A stretch of DNA of 55,798 bases from a virus (lineage: Duplodnaviria; Caudoviricetes), in the IMG/VR virus record IMGVR_UViG_3300036861_000985, positions 1 to 55,798 of that record; one strand, 5' to 3'. This document shows positions 18,610 to 27,526 of the stretch, one piece after another. Made by a program: the position numbers and the translations under genes. Position 1 is the first letter of the stretch. Each line of letters begins with the position of its first letter. Below the pieces are notes generated by a model. That model did not search any database. It worked only from the letters and a program-made list of their open reading frames with translations, and was not told the DNA's origin.

Positions 18610-18893
18610 CCGAAGTTCTCCTCCGTGACATCGACCGGCACCTTGAACTGCTTGAAGAGCCACGTGCAGCACAGCTCGCACAGCCGGAACTGGTAACGCG
18701 CCATATCGTTCAGCACCGGGCTGCTGTAGCCACCCGTCACCTCACCTCTGAGCCCGTAGGGCCCGAACGCGTTCTCCGGCACGCAGCTCCCGCCGCAGCG
18801 GTTACAGGTGACGTCCGTCGTCACCTTCCCCGTGCCCTTGCACGTGTTGCACGCCTTAGTGGTGACGACCCTGCGCTTCTTGGGCGTTCGCAT
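18606..18893 (-). CDS. Zinc-finger protein (CxxCxGxG-like)
   Basis: CNTCKGTG, CNRCGGSC, LCELC; first gene after a promoter. Confidence 0.65.
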   Translation of the reverse strand: MRTPKKRRVVTTKACNTCKGTGKVTTDVTCNRCGGSCVPENAFGPYGLRGEVTGGYSSPVLNDMARYQFRLCELCCTWLFKQFKVPVDVTEENFG

Positions 18894-18901
18894 CAGAGCG
18901 G

Positions 18902-18930
18902 ACGCTACTTCCTGTCCGACACCATGTCAA
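18902..18930 (-). promoter_or_regulatory. Operator-containing promoter (TTGACA-17-TAGCGT)
   Basis: Spacer TGGTGTCGGACAGGAAG; ATG 8 nt after -10. Confidence 0.8.
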
Positions 18931-18937
18931 GCTCGTG

Positions 18938-19195
18938 CTACTCACCGTACTCGTGCGCGGGCGAGCTGCCGACGACCTGGCACGCGACGGCGCCTTGCTC
19001 GACGACGGCGATGCAGTCGAGACGACCACAGGGGCAGGGCTTGGACGCTCCCGCGTCACGCGACGAGAGCGCGAGGATAGTGCGTTCACACTTGCTGCTG
19101 CGCCAATACTTCGGTCCGCCCGGCATCGAGTCAGCCCTGTGCGCCGCGCCGCAGGCGGCAAGACAGGCGGTGAGCAGAGCAATGTGGATCCTCAC
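18938..19195 (-). CDS. Putative small lipoprotein
   Basis: MRIHIALLTACLAAC lipobox-like sequence. Confidence 0.5.
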   Translation of the reverse strand: MRIHIALLTACLAACGAAHRADSMPGGPKYWRSSKCERTILALSSRDAGASKPCPCGRLDCIAVVEQGAVACQVVGSSPAHEYGE

Positions 19196-19522
19196 CAGCC
19201 AAGGCTAGCTGCTCCGCGAGGGGCCGCCGTCACAGGTACGTAAGATCTGCCGCCGCTGATTGGCCTCCGGTAGCGCGCCGTCCGTGAGAACACATCGGCG
19301 TTCCGCCGGCCACGCCGGCGGCTCGCCTAACCCAGACCCGTCAGCTCGCCGTCCGTATCTCCGTCAGCGCCACGTAGTGGTCTCGCGTTGGCTGGAGCCG
19401 GAGCTGCCTGGGCCCCTGTCACGACTCCGTCAGCGCTGGTCAACGTGGATGAGGTCGTTGTGGCACCGCACGGGAGAACGAGTGGGCGCGTCGGCATCGG
19501 AAGCCTTGAAGTTGGCACCGCG

Positions 19523-20602
19523 TCAGCGCGGATGCAGACGACGTGCGGGCTTGAACACCCGTGTCTCAATCGACTCAGACGCACGGCAGCGGTACCTGAT
19601 CTGACCCACGCCGGCTACCTCGGCCGGGCCAGCCGGAGCAACGGATTCAAAAGGGGTGTCTCGCGGATCCGCGTCTCCAAATTTCCCAAGAAGATGCTCC
19701 GCCGCAGCGGTAACATGAATGGTTTGTGCAAAACGCGCGATCTGCCGCAGCTCGCGCTCTCTGGGAAGACTACCGTGCGAACACGGATACGGCGTGACAG
19801 CGACACGGAGTCGACCAGACCCCTTGCCGAACACCTCCCAGGCGTTCTCCAGCAAGGCCGTCTTGCTGCCGTGATGCCCTGCCTTTACTATGTCGCACGA
19901 GAGATCAATCCCGAGCCGGAGAATGGCCCCCCAACCCGTCTGGCCCCTGGGCACGTCACTCATGAGTACCGCCCGAGCCACGCCGCTATCAAATAGCATC
20001 GCGGCCGCGCACCGATTCTCGTCAAAGCGCGTCTTCTCGTCGCCCTTGATTGCCTTATTCATAGCAATACTGGCTGCGAGGCCCTGGCTGGCCACGGGAG
20101 AGAGCACCTTCAAGCTCCAACCAGCCTGGCTCGGGGGAAGGTGAACCAAAGCAGACAGCAGAACCGCCGGCATTCCGTGCGACTTCTTCGAATCAAGGAA
20201 GCTAATCACGTCGAATACGTCGCTGGTTGTCCGTGCGGTCTCTTGTCCGCCTGAGCGAGCGACCAGCATGGCCTCAACGTCCTCTCGCATGATGATCCAG
20301 GGGAGTCCCACCGTGAAGCCCGGCCGCCAGTACCGACGCAACAGGTCACCGGCACCAGCAGTGTGATCTTCGTGCCAGTGCGTCAGGAGCAGGCCGTACA
20401 CGTTGGCTGGGGACACACCGATCTTGTCGAAGTACCATTCCGCAACAGGCCTAGGGGTGCCGCCGTCCAGTACCCGGTGAGAGTCGATGACGATCCATTC
20501 GTCTGCATCCGCCGGCTTCAGAACGATGCACTCGCCCTTGCCCGGTCCGAATACCGACACCTCGAGTTGATCTCGCCCGGGGGGCTGGAACTGCTCATTC
20601 AC
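19523..20602 (-). CDS. MBL-fold metallo-hydrolase (ComEC/Rec2-like)
   Basis: FGPGKGECIVL, IVIDS, THWHEDH, N, SD, KAGHHGS. Confidence 0.85.
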   Translation of the reverse strand: MNEQFQPPGRDQLEVSVFGPGKGECIVLKPADADEWIVIDSHRVLDGGTPRPVAEWYFDKIGVSPANVYGLLLTHWHEDHTAGAGDLLRRYWRPGFTVGLPWIIMREDVEAMLVARSGGQETARTTSDVFDVISFLDSKKSHGMPAVLLSALVHLPPSQAGWSLKVLSPVASQGLAASIAMNKAIKGDEKTRFDENRCAAAMLFDSGVARAVLMSDVPRGQTGWGAILRLGIDLSCDIVKAGHHGSKTALLENAWEVFGKGSGRLRVAVTPYPCSHGSLPRERELRQIARFAQTIHVTAAAEHLLGKFGDADPRDTPFESVAPAGPAEVAGVGQIRYRCRASESIETRVFKPARRLHPR

Positions 20603-21128
20603 CAGAACCCGCTCCGAGCAGCTCGTTGATCTTGCGGGAGAGCACCTGCACTCCCGCATCGATCGCCGCCGCGGGCAGCTTCCATTGAGAGGGTCGCAGA
20701 AAGCGCACCGAATATTTGGGATTCCCGCGCGCGTGTACGGCGACACGCACCGGCGCACCGGCTTCAGCAAACTCCCGTTCAGTCTCGGGGATCTTGTCGA
20801 ACGGAATGAACACAGCTCGGCTCGATCCATCGCGACTGGTAACGATGGCCTGCAGTCCACTCTCGTCGATCCAATCGACAAATCCGGAATAGTATTCGAT
20901 CAAACCCTCTGTACTCCGCAGTTCATGCTGAGTCCCCCGCAGCCTGCGAGGCGCGCTTCTACTGTCGAGCGCATGGTGAGACTCTTGCTCAGGAAGCAGC
21001 GTGCTCTTCTCGGCGGGTGTTCGCGGAGACACAGCATCCGGGCGCTTCTTCAAGACGTCAGCGGACATCACGGGGGAATCCTGCTGAACGTTCATCACTG
21101 ACTGCTGTGTCTGAATCACCTGGGTCAT
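20595..21128 (-). CDS. Hypothetical protein (middle gene of the island)
   Basis: Overlaps both neighbours; lower GC than the flanking genes. Confidence 0.6.
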   Translation of the reverse strand: MTQVIQTQQSVMNVQQDSPVMSADVLKKRPDAVSPRTPAEKSTLLPEQESHHALDSRSAPRRLRGTQHELRSTEGLIEYYSGFVDWIDESGLQAIVTSRDGSSRAVFIPFDKIPETEREFAEAGAPVRVAVHARGNPKYSVRFLRPSQWKLPAAAIDAGVQVLSRKINELLGAGSGE

Positions 21129-21676
21129 CGGGCAGGCCCCTCCACGATCGCGTCACGCACGGTACGCGACCGTTCGAAAATAGCGTCCCACCTGTCGAAT
21201 ACTCGCTTCGACAGCTGGTCAGTGGTTCGCATTTCGGAGATTTCGTAATTTTGGTTGATGTAGACGCCTTCGGGCAGGAACACACTTTGCTCAAGTCTTA
21301 CGACGACGCCAAAATCATCCCACTGCGCGCGCACGACCGCACCAATCTTCGCGTTCGTTCCAACGACGCCCAGAAGCTGCTCGGAGGGCAGCCACGACCT
21401 AATTAGGTCGACGACATCGGTCCCCTGCTTACAGGCCACATGCTCTATGATATTGACGCCCGCCGTAGTGACCGGAGTGTGCGAGAGAAGCTTGAACACT
21501 GAAGCGGCGATAGCTCCGATGTCGGTAAACCAATCCTCGCTCGAAGTGGAGAGCATCCAGCGACTATCATCCACGCTCAGCTTGAGCGAACGAAAATTGA
21601 TAAGCGAGAGCCGCAGACACCGCTCCGTGATGTCCACGAGCGACCGCGGGCACGCGATGCCTCGGGCCGTCCTCAA
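21125..21676 (-). CDS. TIGR04255-like protein, probably 5'-truncated
   Basis: FKLLSHTPVTTAGVN, INQNY motifs resemble this family (recollection); N-terminus looks chimeric. Confidence 0.45.
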   Translation of the reverse strand: MRTARGIACPRSLVDITERCLRLSLINFRSLKLSVDDSRWMLSTSSEDWFTDIGAIAASVFKLLSHTPVTTAGVNIIEHVACKQGTDVVDLIRSWLPSEQLLGVVGTNAKIGAVVRAQWDDFGVVVRLEQSVFLPEGVYINQNYEISEMRTTDQLSKRVFDRWDAIFERSRTVRDAIVEGPAR

Positions 21677-22352
21677 GCGTACGGTGCCTCCAGAAGAAGT
21701 TCACGAGGCAGTTGGGCTCGTTGCACTCCGGCATGTTGCAGTCGGCCGGGTTGTCGGGATGCGAGTGCAGCGGTAGGTGGCACGTCGGATGGTCGGCCTT
21801 GGGAAGAAACTCGCACGCCACGTGACGCGAGAGAGGCAGAAAGCACGACGGGCCGCAGGAGTAAAGACGGATCCACCCATGACGTCGCGCGTTCGCGGCG
21901 TCGGATGAACGGTTGCCTTCTTCGTCAGGATCGCAGGTGGTCGGGCGACCAGGTCCGTTCTCGTAGTTGGTGACCCAGCGCTCGGCGCGGTCGATCTGCC
22001 GCACGCGGATGATGTTGCGCTCGTGCACGATGTCGCGGCGTCGCTCGGCCACGAACGGGAGCGTTCCGGGAAGGATGGGCTTGAAGATCGCGGAGTAGTT
22101 CATGGCGCCGCGCGCGATCGTGCTCCCGTGCTTCTCGAAGACACGCAGGACGAACTGGTAATCCGCGTCGTGGCTGTCCGACTCTCCGACGAGCCCCTTC
22201 GCCGGAATGCGCTGCGGACTCTCCGCGTACGCACGACTGCATTCGCTGTAGAACGCGGTCACGGCGACGAGCACGGTGAAGATCACCACCGCGTAGGCGA
22301 AGATGTTGACGGACACTGAGACGACTTGCTTGATCCGTTCCATGAACGTCAT
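21567..22352 (-). CDS. Membrane-anchored Cys-rich hypothetical protein
   Basis: N-terminal transmembrane segment; Cys/His-rich C-terminal half. Confidence 0.5.
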   Translation of the reverse strand: MTFMERIKQVVSVSVNIFAYAVVIFTVLVAVTAFYSECSRAYAESPQRIPAKGLVGESDSHDADYQFVLRVFEKHGSTIARGAMNYSAIFKPILPGTLPFVAERRRDIVHERNIIRVRQIDRAERWVTNYENGPGRPTTCDPDEEGNRSSDAANARRHGWIRLYSCGPSCFLPLSRHVACEFLPKADHPTCHLPLHSHPDNPADCNMPECNEPNCLVNFFWRHRTLEDGPRHRVPAVARGHHGAVSAALAYQFSFAQAERG

Positions 22353-22361
22353 GTTAGACGA

Positions 22362-22811
22362 TCACGAGCGCGCTGCCATGAGCCCCGCGGACCGACACGT
22401 GCACTCGATGTTGTCGGCGATCAGCGACGACGCGATGTTCTGCACGAGCGCGTAGAGATCGATGAAGCTGTCGTCCGGATTGCCCGGTCCTGAGTACGCG
22501 TCGGCGAAGCCTGCGCCCTCGCGACCGTTCTTCCGAACGTTCCACGCGGCGACCTCCGGGATGTCGAAGAGCAACGCTTCGAGCCACGGATGCAGCACGC
22601 TGCGCCGAGGTTGGAGTTGGATGAACGGCGTGTGGTGGTACGGCGGCGCAAGACGCTCGAGGAGCGGGCTCGCGTAGAAGCGCTTCGTGACCTCTGCGAG
22701 CGCCTTGTCGAGACCCTCGGGGCCGGTCTCGTACGGGCTCTGCTGCACGGCCCAGCGGGCGACGTGCCCGCGCAAGCTCTTGATCATCACGACTACCAGC
22801 TTCGGCTCCAT
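22362..22811 (-). CDS. Hypothetical protein
   Basis: GGAGGAG RBS before ATG. Confidence 0.6.
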   Translation of the reverse strand: MEPKLVVVMIKSLRGHVARWAVQQSPYETGPEGLDKALAEVTKRFYASPLLERLAPPYHHTPFIQLQPRRSVLHPWLEALLFDIPEVAAWNVRKNGREGAGFADAYSGPGNPDDSFIDLYALVQNIASSLIADNIECTCRSAGLMAARS

Positions 22812-22837
22812 GGTCTCCTCCTACTTGATCGTCTCGT

Positions 22838-23080
22838 CTACCATGCGTGGACACGCACGAAGCGAAGCCGTTCGTCGTCGCCCGTGCTCAGCTCCGGCAC
22901 CGGGCCGGCGAACTCCTTGAGCGTCCGATGCCGCATGCGGGGCGCGCCTGAGTTGACGCCTTGGACGCTTTCGTAGATCACCAGCTCCTCGCCGATGTCA
23001 TCGTTCCGCGAGATGCCGTAGACGAAATAAATTCCGCCCCTGTAGTGGCGGTAGAAGCCACGCGTGATCGCCTGGATCAT
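22838..23080 (-). CDS. DUF1653-like protein
   Basis: GFYRHYRGGIY.V....E.LVIY...R.LKEF...RF. Confidence 0.8.
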   Translation of the reverse strand: MIQAITRGFYRHYRGGIYFVYGISRNDDIGEELVIYESVQGVNSGAPRMRHRTLKEFAGPVPELSTGDDERLRFVRVHAW

Positions 23081-23610
23081 TTCTTCGGCTCCGTTTCGAG
23101 GTTCGAGATCTCGCGCGCGAGATAGAATGCCGCCTTCCTCAAGTCCTGCAGCAGGCTCGCTCCGGGCTTCTTCCCGGCCCGCGAGATGTACTTCACCGTA
23201 TTGCCGAGATTGAAGCCCAGCTTCCAAGCCTCTATGACTTTTATCGCCTCGAAAGGATCGTCCTTCCCACCGTAGTGCGCCGGGTGGTTGACTGCCTCGC
23301 GCTTCTTCGAGGCGTCGTCATCGACCACGCTAGAGCTGAACTTCTGACAGGGGCAAGGTACCGCGCCCCGCGTATCGCGCGACGCGGTGCAACCGTTCTC
23401 GCCGTGCACGTGCGACTTGCGGTAGTGCCCGCACGTGCAGGGCTCGTATGAAGAGTGACCATCCACCGTCACGTTCAGCTCGAACTTCCGGCAAGCACAC
23501 TGGGCGCTCCCGTGCGTAGACCCTGCGTCGCACGCGTGTCGAAGCGTGCCGGTCACGTGGAACTTGCGGAAGTGGCCGCACGTGCAGGAGTCGTTCTCGT
23601 GTTCCGTCAT
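23077..23610 (-). CDS. DUF3310 (SaV-like) protein with two N-terminal Cys/His repeats
   Basis: VNHPAHY...EAIKVIE...FNLGNTVKYISRAGKK...DLRKAAFYL. Confidence 0.85.
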   Translation of the reverse strand: MTEHENDSCTCGHFRKFHVTGTLRHACDAGSTHGSAQCACRKFELNVTVDGHSSYEPCTCGHYRKSHVHGENGCTASRDTRGAVPCPCQKFSSSVVDDDASKKREAVNHPAHYGGKDDPFEAIKVIEAWKLGFNLGNTVKYISRAGKKPGASLLQDLRKAAFYLAREISNLETEPKK

Positions 23611-23613
23611 CGC

Positions 23614-24519
23614 TCAGTCCCCGTCCGGCACGAGACCGCTCAGCGGCCCGCGCCGAAGCTTCGCGCCGAGGCGTTCCATCTCGGCGATCGTCTCGGCGGT
23701 GACCACGCCGCGGAGCGCGTTCACGGCCGTCGTGAGCGCTTCTGCGCATTGGCGCGCCTCTGTGCGCGTGAACGTCGCGGCGTAGAGGGTGTGCTCCTCG
23801 AAGACCTCCCACGACTTGGGCCAGAGCCGGCGCAAGATCTTCGCGATCTCCTGCGCGTACACGCGGCATTCGAGCTGCACGTCCGTACGCAGGCGCAGGT
23901 TCGAGAACTTGAGCCACGAGAGAAGCGAGCCCTTGAGGCGCAGCTTCGTGTACTGGTTGAGCGGCAGCGCGACGCGTGCGATCTCCGACGACACGCCACT
24001 CGCGATCATCTCTTCGTAGTCGGCGCGGGCCTGGCGAACACCGACCTTGAGAAGGCCCTGCATCTTCTCTTGGACGTCGCGCTCGAGGCTTCCCTCGCTC
24101 CCCTGCTTGTTCGCGACGCCCTTCTTCTGAATCCGTTCGACCGGAGGGACGAAGAAGAGGTCCGGCATCGTCGCGTAGCGCCCGCTGAACTCGTTGCGCG
24201 ACATGAACTGCCGCGCGTTCTCGTCCTGGCTCTCGATCACCGTGCCGTCGTAGTCGACGGTGCGGTGGCGATCGATCTGCCGCAGCACGAAGATGGGGCA
24301 CTGGATCTCGACGACCAGATCGCACATCTCGAACGGTGAAACGTGATGATCACGCCAGAGGCGCGTGCGGAGCGCGTCGTCCTTCGCAACGTCCACGCCC
24401 GTCTCCTTGCCGGTGGACATGCGCGCCGCTTCGAGCGGAGAGAGATCGTCGCCCAGGTGGTCGATGTACTGCACGTAGCCGTGGTCGAGCACCGGTCGCT
24501 TCGCGTTCAGTTCGGTCAC
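23614..24519 (-). CDS. thyX: FAD-dependent thymidylate synthase ThyX (insertion in signature motif)
   Basis: VLDHGYV, AARMS, H.SPFE, PIFVLRQ..RHR, NEFSGRY, EIAR..LP...YT, LR....Q.E.R. Confidence 0.9.
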   Translation of the reverse strand: MTELNAKRPVLDHGYVQYIDHLGDDLSPLEAARMSTGKETGVDVAKDDALRTRLWRDHHVSPFEMCDLVVEIQCPIFVLRQIDRHRTVDYDGTVIESQDENARQFMSRNEFSGRYATMPDLFFVPPVERIQKKGVANKQGSEGSLERDVQEKMQGLLKVGVRQARADYEEMIASGVSSEIARVALPLNQYTKLRLKGSLLSWLKFSNLRLRTDVQLECRVYAQEIAKILRRLWPKSWEVFEEHTLYAATFTRTEARQCAEALTTAVNALRGVVTAETIAEMERLGAKLRRGPLSGLVPDGD

Positions 24520-24740
24520 GTCGTCTCCTTCTTTCGGTCGGGGTACAGGACGTCGATCAGTCGATCTCCCAGCTCGCTTCGCACACGCTGCTCTACCGCC
24601 CACGAGGAGCCGTTCGCCACGTGTTCCGTAACAGCGAGAACCCCACGCACCATGCGGATCGCATCGACGATCGCCCGCACGTCGTCGTCCCGATACTCCT
24701 TGTCTAGTGCCACGGTGAGATGCGTAATTCGATCGGTCAC
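24516..24740 (-). CDS. Hypothetical phage protein
   Basis: TDRITHLTVALDKEYRDDDV..IVDAIRMVRGV. Confidence 0.65.
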   Translation of the reverse strand: MTDRITHLTVALDKEYRDDDVRAIVDAIRMVRGVLAVTEHVANGSSWAVEQRVRSELGDRLIDVLYPDRKKETT

Positions 24741-24964
24741 GTCGGCTCCCTGTCTCTTCGAAACTCGAAGAGCAACACGGCTTGTCTCTGCGGGTTGTTC
24801 ATCGCGTCGTAACAACGATCAAGCTCGCCGAAGGTAAGATGACGGCCCGGGCACTCCGGCAGCAACGAGCCTTCTGCCCCGCCACACACGTCGCACGACG
24901 CGAGACCTCCGATGCAGATCTTGCAGTCCGTGTCCACGCACGAGTGATAGCTGTGCGCGGTCAC
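24737..24964 (-). CDS. Cys-rich hypothetical protein
   Basis: CKICIGGLASCDVCGGAEGSL..ECPG. Confidence 0.6.
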   Translation of the reverse strand: MTAHSYHSCVDTDCKICIGGLASCDVCGGAEGSLLPECPGRHLTFGELDRCYDAMNNPQRQAVLLFEFRRDREPT

Positions 24965-25251
24965 GTGTGACCGTTCCCCTGGTCCCTGGTGCACTTGAGC
25001 ACCCTCTCCTTACACGTCGGGCACGTGGCGCCGTCGTCACGCACGACGTCGCTGATCGCGTGAGAGGACGAGTGCCCGTGCGCGCATTTGACGTTGATCG
25101 ATACGGTCCAGCGCTTGATCTCTTCGAGCAACGCCTGCGCGTTGCGATAGTTCTGCCCCGCCATGACGGAGTTGCGCATCGCGATGATCACGAACGCAAG
25201 CGATGCTGCGCACGCGAGCCACCATCCGAACGGTCCGAACCAGTTGGTCAC
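24961..25251 (-). CDS. Membrane-anchored zinc-ribbon protein
   Basis: N-terminal transmembrane segment; CAHGH...CPTC. Confidence 0.55.
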   Translation of the reverse strand: MTNWFGPFGWWLACAASLAFVIIAMRNSVMAGQNYRNAQALLEEIKRWTVSINVKCAHGHSSSHAISDVVRDDGATCPTCKERVLKCTRDQGNGHT

Positions 25252-25466
25252 GACGCGCTCTCCCGCGCCGCGAGCATCGCGTCTGCGTAGGCGTACGCCC
25301 TCTTCGCGTAGGCCCCCGGCTCCGCAGACCAGCCCCCATCCGCGCCCATCGCCAGAAGCCCAGTCAGCGCTGCCATCGCGAACTCGTCGCGCAACGTCTT
25401 CACCGGCTCGGTTTTGATCTTGAAGGCGGCGGTCGCTTTCTTTTTCTTCGGCATCTTCTTCGGCAT
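25248..25466 (-). CDS. Small phage protein (TLRDxFA...AYxYADAML family)
   Basis: TLRDEFAMAALTGLLA...AYAYADAMLAARE. Confidence 0.75.
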   Translation of the reverse strand: MPKKMPKKKKATAAFKIKTEPVKTLRDEFAMAALTGLLAMGADGGWSAEPGAYAKRAYAYADAMLAARESAS

Positions 25467-25957
25467 CAGAACTCCACGAGCTTGGTGTTGGCAGCGAGGT
25501 ACAGCGGGTGCTTCGGATGGCCGTCTTTCGTCGTTCCGAGACAGCGGATCGGCTTCTTCGTCGCTCGCGCGAGCGCCGCGACGTCCGGGGCGCGGCCCTT
25601 GTCGACCTCGGCCGTCTTCGTGCCCCAGGCGCAGACGACCAAGTCCGCCAGCGACAGGATGCTCCGTGTGTAGTCGTCGTTCTCAGGGCCGACGGGATCT
25701 TTGGTCTTCAGCAGCTCCTTCGGGTCGGTCGCTCGGAACGCGTAGAGGTTCAGGATGTAGAGCTGGCGGTAGCCCCACTCGCGCGAGAAGCCGATGCACC
25801 GGCGGATCGTGGGATCGTCTTCCGTCGCCGTAGCGGTACTTGGGTTGAGCATGATCCACACGACGATGCCGGAGCCGCCCTTGAACTCACGGACGAGCGT
25901 GTAGCGGTAGCGCTCGTCGGCACTGAACGCCGCGGTGCCGTTGGGCCACGTCGTCAT
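25466..25957 (-). CDS. DUF1643-family protein
   Basis: YRYTL, IMLNPSTA...DDPTIRRC, NLYAFRATDP, AWG, PKHPLY. Confidence 0.9.
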   Translation of the reverse strand: MTTWPNGTAAFSADERYRYTLVREFKGGSGIVVWIMLNPSTATATEDDPTIRRCIGFSREWGYRQLYILNLYAFRATDPKELLKTKDPVGPENDDYTRSILSLADLVVCAWGTKTAEVDKGRAPDVAALARATKKPIRCLGTTKDGHPKHPLYLAANTKLVEF

Positions 25958-26166
25958 CGACGCCTCCGCCGCTTCGAGAGTGCCACCACCTTCGGGCCGT
26001 CCTCGGAGTGTTTCGGACAGAGGTGCGCATCGCTGCTGAGCGATCGCCAGCCCGGCGGAAGGGTCGGTCGCATCTTGCCGCCGAGTCCGATCTGGATCTC
26101 GATCTTCGCGTGCGTCGGCCGCACACACTTGTCGCACCAGATCGTGCCGCCGAACCAGATCGTCAC
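25954..26166 (-). CDS. Small Zn-binding-like protein
   Basis: CDKC...PPGW...LCPKH. Confidence 0.55.
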   Translation of the reverse strand: MTIWFGGTIWCDKCVRPTHAKIEIQIGLGGKMRPTLPPGWRSLSSDAHLCPKHSEDGPKVVALSKRRRRR

Positions 26167-26684
26167 GGCAGCAGTCCCTTGATCGCCTCGTCGAATAGCT
26201 TCGCGCCGATGTGATTGCGGACGCGAGCGATGTCCTCTTCCATCTTGCGGGCGCGGTCCTGCATGGTCTTGTGCGCCGCGCGAGCCGCCTCGTTCTCCTG
26301 ACGGAGGCGCGCGATGTCATGCTCGAAAGCCTTCTTGTCCTTGTCGAGCTGCTCGTTCACCTTCGTGAGCCGCCCCTCGTTCACACGCTGGACCTCGGCC
26401 TGCGTTTGGAGCCCCTCGATTGACGCCCGCAGCTCGTCCACCAGCTTGTCCCTCGCCTTGCCCATCACGAAGAGCGGCTGATTGACGACGAAGCGGTCGG
26501 GCTCAGTGTTGCGGCCTTTCGAGCTGTCGTAGGAACCGCCACCACGTTCCATGAGCGCCTGCCCGCTCTCGATGACATGCAGCAGGCGGTACCCTCGAAG
26601 CGTATAGCCCTGGACGCTCTCAGCGTTCACGACGATCACTTCCGCGTAGCTGGCCAGCAGATCGACGACCTCGGTTTTCTCCAT
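26163..26684 (-). CDS. Hypothetical coiled-coil protein
   Basis: First gene after a promoter; GAGGG RBS. Confidence 0.65.
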   Translation of the reverse strand: MEKTEVVDLLASYAEVIVVNAESVQGYTLRGYRLLHVIESGQALMERGGGSYDSSKGRNTEPDRFVVNQPLFVMGKARDKLVDELRASIEGLQTQAEVQRVNEGRLTKVNEQLDKDKKAFEHDIARLRQENEAARAAHKTMQDRARKMEEDIARVRNHIGAKLFDEAIKGLLP

Positions 26685-26699
26685 GCGCCCTCGGTCCCA

Positions 26700-26728
26700 C
26701 GCTTACAACCTGTCGGACACGTTGTCAA
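26700..26728 (-). promoter_or_regulatory. Operator-containing promoter (TTGACA-17-TAAGCG)
   Basis: Spacer ACGTGTCCGACAGGTTG. Confidence 0.75.
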
Positions 26729-26743
26729 CTAGGGCGCGAGTAT

Positions 26744-26965
26744 CTAGCGACGACGGCGGCGGTTCGGCGTGTTTTTCTCGGGCCACCGATGGTTCGTATA
26801 CGCCGTGAAGGCGAGAGTGGCGAGCACGCCCAGCGCAAAACCCATGCCGAGAGTCCGCAATCCTCGCGACTCTGACGACTCGGGCGTCTGCCCGAGCGGC
26901 ACCTGGAGCATCGTGACGCGTTCCATGCCCGCGATGGTAGCACGAGCGGCGGCGGTCCTACGCAC
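26744..26965 (-). CDS. Small membrane protein
   Basis: LGMGFALGVLATLAF; start uncertain. Confidence 0.4.
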   Translation of the reverse strand: MRRTAAARATIAGMERVTMLQVPLGQTPESSESRGLRTLGMGFALGVLATLAFTAYTNHRWPEKNTPNRRRRR

Positions 26966-27056
26966 GACGCCAGATGAAGATCGCCGAGAGGAAGAAGAGC
27001 GCGATCACGATCGCAACGGGGATGTGGTGCTCGATCGCGACGAAGAACTCGTTCAT
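26958..27056 (-). CDS. 32-aa single-pass membrane peptide
   Basis: MNEFFVAIEHHIPVAIVIALFFLSAIFIWRRA with GGAGGTGGAG upstream; below the ORF-track size cutoff. Confidence 0.5.
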   Translation of the reverse strand: MNEFFVAIEHHIPVAIVIALFFLSAIFIWRRA

Positions 27057-27260
27057 GGCGCTACGCTCCACCTCCACGCTACAAGAGGTCCGACGGGAAC
27101 ACAATCGGGACGGACCCTCACTTCACGCTCCTGATGAGGGTAACAAGTTCGTGCATTTCTTCCGGCGAGCTTCTACCGCGTGCCAGGTTCGCAGCGCGGC
27201 AGGCCAGGACAACGTTGCCGCGAACATATCCTCGGCTGCAGTCCAGTCGATCTAGCGTTA

Positions 27261-27278
27261 GGTAGTGGGTCAGTTTGA
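27261..27278. repeat. Candidate terminal inverted repeat of the IS1-family element
   Basis: GGTAGTGGGTCAGTTTGA resembles IS1-family GGTRRTG ends; the partner end was not found. Confidence 0.5.
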
Positions 27279-27290
27279 GTGGCAGAAACA

Positions 27291-27325
27291 CGAACGCCCC
27301 GCGACCTAGGTTCGCGAGGCGTTCG
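27291..27325 (-). terminator. Hairpin, possible intrinsic terminator inside the element end
   Basis: CGAACGCC.CGCGA / TCGCG.GGCGTTCG stem followed by TGTTTC on the minus strand. Confidence 0.45.
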
Positions 27326-27526
27326 AGCCGTCCTGCGTCACGGGACGACCGGCCGTTTCACCGTGGCCGTGGGACGTACGCAGCAGGAGCTGTCGGGGAT
27401 TTTCCGCGGCCCGTCGCGTGATGCTCCTGCCATCGGTCCATCGACCGACCATGCGACCTTAGCAGCTCGGCCTCGTCGAGCAAGGAGCAGTTCTACCCAG
27501 GCCCGTCGTGGTAGCGTCGCCGCAGG

